Source: an uncultured Candidatus Saccharibacteria bacterium (GTDB lineage: Bacteria; Patescibacteriota; Saccharimonadia; Saccharimonadales; UBA4665). From it: a stretch of 28,107 nucleotides of DNA. Shown here in pieces: positions 25,224-28,107 of this stretch; position 1 is the first letter of the stretch, and every line of letters starts with the position of its first letter. Both the position numbers and the translations under genes were made by a program. The notes below the pieces were generated by a model. It did no database searches. It saw only the letters and a list, made by a program, of their open reading frames with translations, and was not told the origin of the DNA. The stretch covers positions 1 through 28,107 of the forward strand of contig CAZQPT010000005.1 of the NCBI GenBank assembly GCA_964595295.1, written 5' to 3'.

Positions 25224-25902
25224 CTGGCAAGTCAGCAATATATTGATCGTTTAGCAGCTGCATCAATTTTTTGAGGTATAATCGATAGGGTGTGCCCTTG
25301 CCGTAGGCTATTACGCCGGTATGCTTGAGTTTATTTAGTTCTGTGGCCGCGGTTTCGCGGGTTAAGCCGGTTAAGTTAGCGAAGTCCTGGTGCGTAAGGT
25401 CTAGAGCTATCTCTATTTCCTGAGGTGCCACGGTGTGTCCGTGACTGAGCGATAAGTAGTGGAGAGTGTAAAGTAGCTTATCGCTGGCCCTAGAGTGTTG
25501 CAAAGCGTTCAAGCGCATGGACATGCCGAGCTGATCCGTTAAATAGCGCTCAAGCTCCTGATAGACCAATTCAGGCCGTTTTTTTATAAAAGCGGTGAGT
25601 TCCTCACGATTTACCGTGTATAGCGTCACTTCGGAGCTGAAAGCTTCGTAGTAATAAATAGCGCTGGACATGGTTCCATAAACCCATGGTCCGGGGAATA
25701 TCGCGTCCGCGGAGTAGAAAGCCACGGGTTTCTCGTCGCCGCCAACGCTTAGATTGTAGGCCTTGACGGTGCCGCTCTTAACCACGAAAGCGCTGCGAGG
25801 CGCTTCGCCTTGAAATATTATGATTTCGCCTTTTTTGAAAGTCCGAGTAGGGTGACGGTCGAGAAAAGCATGAAGGTAGTTGACTGCGACTTGGTTTGAC
25901 AT
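25213..25902 (-). CDS. Crp/Fnr-family transcription regulator
   Basis: FKKGEIIIFQGE, VKSGTVK, HTH LTHQDFANLTGLTRETA; 11-nt convergent overlap with REC. Confidence 0.92.
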   Translation of the reverse strand: MSNQVAVNYLHAFLDRHPTRTFKKGEIIIFQGEAPRSAFVVKSGTVKAYNLSVGGDEKPVAFYSADAIFPGPWVYGTMSSAIYYYEAFSSEVTLYTVNREELTAFIKKRPELVYQELERYLTDQLGMSMRLNALQHSRASDKLLYTLHYLSLSHGHTVAPQEIEIALDLTHQDFANLTGLTRETAATELNKLKHTGVIAYGKGTPYRLYLKKLMQLLNDQYIADLPAKL

Positions 25903-25943
25903 AGTGTAACTATAATAGCATCGGATTAGTGCGATGAACAGGC

Positions 25944-27512
25944 CTATTGGCCGGATGTGCTGGAGGTGGTGGTAGGTTTTGGTATCTGATCAGCGCCAAT
26001 GACTACGATAAAGTCGGTATTATAGATGCCGGCATAGGGATTAGTGGTTGTTAAGTGATTCCCGTAAATTTGAGTAAGCAGCTTGCTGGTAGCCGGTTTT
26101 TTGCCTTCGGACTGGTCGATAATACTAGTAACAGCCAGGTCGGTCTTGGCATCGCCAACCTTATCAACGATTAAGTTCTTTTGTTTTAGTCTGGTTTTTT
26201 GTTTGCTAGCCAGTCCATTGGTGCTAGTGCCGTTAAGCACGACCACTGAAGCACCTTCTTGGATTATAGGGTTAGAAGATGTTTGTCTTAAAATAAAGCT
26301 CTGAATATCGCTAAAGTCGTTAAGCCCTGCTGCCGGAGCCAGAGCTGATTGTCCTGAAGGCGTGGCATAGCTGGCTAATAAGTTTTTACCGTTCGCGCTA
26401 TTAAGGCTAAGTGACTGAATATTGCCACCGGTGATGCCCTTGGTTATGTCATATAAACGACGTACCTGGCTAATATCAAAATCCGTTTTAACGTTGTTGC
26501 CCAGAACATCAGATAGGGCGGTCAATTTGGTCGGATTAGCGATAACGCCGCTTGACGCCACTTTGGCCTTAAGTGCCACAAGCAACTGGCGTTGGTGTTC
26601 GGTGCGATCAAAGTCGCTGGCCGGGAAGCCGTAAGATCGACCTGAATCACCACGGGCACGACTTAGGTTTAGAGCCTGTTGTCCATTAAGATGGTGCACT
26701 CCATTGGTCAGCTTAACTAATGGCTTATTAGTTGAGTAATCGATGTTCGGGTCGTATAGGCCTCTCGGGTCTTTACTTTTAACCGTAAAATCGACGCCGC
26801 CTACGGCGTCAACAGCCTGCTTGAGAGCATTATAGTTAACCAGGGCGTAGTAATTCATCTTCATGCCAAGACTATCTTCTATAACTTGTTCTAATTGACC
26901 CATACCACCGTTGGGATAACCACTTTCGCTAAATTTTGTGGCTTCGCCATCTACATAGGCTTCGTTAATCTTTCCGTGCCCGCTGGAACCAATGTCGACA
27001 TATAAGTCGCGGGGAATACTTAACAGGAACGCTTTGTTATTTTTGGTATCAATACTAATAACCATTATCGAGTCCGTGAGCTGACCGCCGTTATGCCCGA
27101 TGTCGTCAGCTGAGTTTCCGGCTAACAGAATATTAACCCGTCCATCTTCTTCGCCTCTGAGTTTGGTCGTTTTGAGTACGCTCAAGATGTTACCGCCAAA
27201 GACTTTATGAGTATTATAGGCAAATTTCCCGCCAACCCAACCTCCGATAACTAAAATAATCAAGGCCAGGGTAACTACGGTTCGCTTAAGAGTAATTTTA
27301 CTCGTGATACGGCCAAAACGGCTTTTTTTGACAACTGTTGGCTTAGCGTTTACGCCCTTATGGTGATCGCGGGGATCGTATTTATAGCTACGTAGCGTCA
27401 TTCCAAGTCCCGGGAACTGATCAGCCTGCTGCTTAACAGTGACCGCGTCTTGACGGGGCCTGCTTAGACCGTTAACGGGTATCTTGGTAGGGCGGATCGG
27501 TTTTTGGGGCAT
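25944..27512 (-). CDS. LCP (LytR-CpsA-Psr) family protein with C-terminal LytR_C-like domain
   Basis: NILLAG, TDSIMVISID, LSIPRDLYV, KINEAY, ALNLSRAR, DFDRTEHQR, VVVLNGT. Probable start MPQKP at 27512. Confidence 0.92.
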   Translation of the reverse strand: MPQKPIRPTKIPVNGLSRPRQDAVTVKQQADQFPGLGMTLRSYKYDPRDHHKGVNAKPTVVKKSRFGRITSKITLKRTVVTLALIILVIGGWVGGKFAYNTHKVFGGNILSVLKTTKLRGEEDGRVNILLAGNSADDIGHNGGQLTDSIMVISIDTKNNKAFLLSIPRDLYVDIGSSGHGKINEAYVDGEATKFSESGYPNGGMGQLEQVIEDSLGMKMNYYALVNYNALKQAVDAVGGVDFTVKSKDPRGLYDPNIDYSTNKPLVKLTNGVHHLNGQQALNLSRARGDSGRSYGFPASDFDRTEHQRQLLVALKAKVASSGVIANPTKLTALSDVLGNNVKTDFDISQVRRLYDITKGITGGNIQSLSLNSANGKNLLASYATPSGQSALAPAAGLNDFSDIQSFILRQTSSNPIIQEGASVVVLNGTSTNGLASKQKTRLKQKNLIVDKVGDAKTDLAVTSIIDQSEGKKPATSKLLTQIYGNHLTTTNPYAGIYNTDFIVVIGADQIPKPTTTSSTSGQ

Positions 27513-27613
27513 TGAAGTTATGACTATTATAGCTATTTTAACCATCGGAAGCCACCCTTTTACGGGATACGCCCTATCTGTCGTATCTGTTATCAGGTAT
27601 ACTGTAACTAATT

Positions 27614-28107
27614 ATGAAGCTCGTCGTTCAAATTCCGTGCCTGAATGAAGAGGCAACTTTGCCGCTCGTTCTACAGAGCATACCTAAAAAAGTGGCTGGT
27701 ATCGACCAGATTATCGTTTTGGTTATCGATGATGGCTCAACGGATAATACGGTTGCCGTGGCCCGCGAACACGGTGTTACGCACTTTGTTCGTCATAACC
27801 AAAATCAAGGCTTAGGCCGATCGTTCCACGATGGGATCCAGAGAGCCTTGGAGCTTGGTGCCGATATAGTAGTTAACACCGACGGCGACAATCAATATCC
27901 CCAAAACCGGATTGGTGATCTAGTACAGCCAATCTTAAAGCGTCAAGCCGACATAGTTATAGCCGACAGACAAACCGATACCATCGCCCACTTTTCACCA
28001 TTTAAGAAGTTTTTGCAGAGATTTGGCAGCGCCGTGGTTAACAAGGCCGCAGGCACGGATTTGCCAGACGCCGTAAGTGGTTTTCGAGCCTACAGCCGTG
28101 AATCACT
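27614..28107 (+). CDS. Glycosyltransferase family 2 (DPM-synthase-like), truncated by the window edge
   Basis: Hand translation: MKLVVQIPCLNEE...VIDDGSTD...NTDGDNQY...SGFRAYSRE. Missing from the ORF track because there is no stop. Confidence 0.93.
   Translation, partial: MKLVVQIPCLNEEATLPLVLQSIPKKVAGIDQIIVLVIDDGSTDNTVAVAREHGVTHFVRHNQNQGLGRSFHDGIQRALELGADIVVNTDGDNQYPQNRIGDLVQPILKRQADIVIADRQTDTIAHFSPFKKFLQRFGSAVVNKAAGTDLPDAVSGFRAYSRES

Noticed and set aside
1-28107. Alternative genetic code (TGA as Gly) or frameshifted pseudogenes
   Set aside because: TGA ends several full-length conserved genes with ATGA couplings, and no broken reading frame was seen.

Overview
This window most likely comes from a Patescibacteria/CPR (Saccharibacteria-like) chromosome. 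That is an inference from gene content and tight packing. TGA acts as stop, so it uses genetic code 11. Four blocks are visible. (1) 93-7037: tRNA-Gln(UUG) followed by a ~6.8 kb accessory island. It carries a large serine recombinase whose ORF reads antisense through the whole tRNA, an unannotated 31-aa acidic ORF and a two-tyrosine HUH rolling-circle Rep behind a structured leader. Cargo follows: RbsD/FucU-like, atypical RpiB-like, cyclase-family, NYN nuclease with a candidate antisense sRNA, DUF1653-like and a SAM methyltransferase. The right end is a stack of degenerate tRNA-Gln 3'-end copies, terminator hairpins and three related 75-95 bp miniature elements that sit in tRNA T-arm-like sequence. 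(2) 7106-10874: hypothetical gene, purB, kup. (3) 10893-19478: a divergent redox locus. Leftward are a membrane-anchored FNR-like oxidoreductase with a long Pro/Thr tail, ApbE, a ferric-reductase-like di-heme membrane protein and an Ig-like protein. Rightward are a complete cytochrome bo3 operon cyoABCDE and a cupin. (4) 19657-28107: ABC-2 exporter, UPF0104 flippase-like protein, a four-gene split sensory system (membrane protein, small helical protein, soluble PAS kinase, stand-alone REC), a Crp/Fnr regulator, an LCP protein and a partial GT2. The strongest novelty candidates are the tRNA-Gln cassette stack with its LSR/Rep element and the ApbE/FNR/di-heme module facing cyo. No database searches were run. 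Family calls rest on motifs read in the translations.
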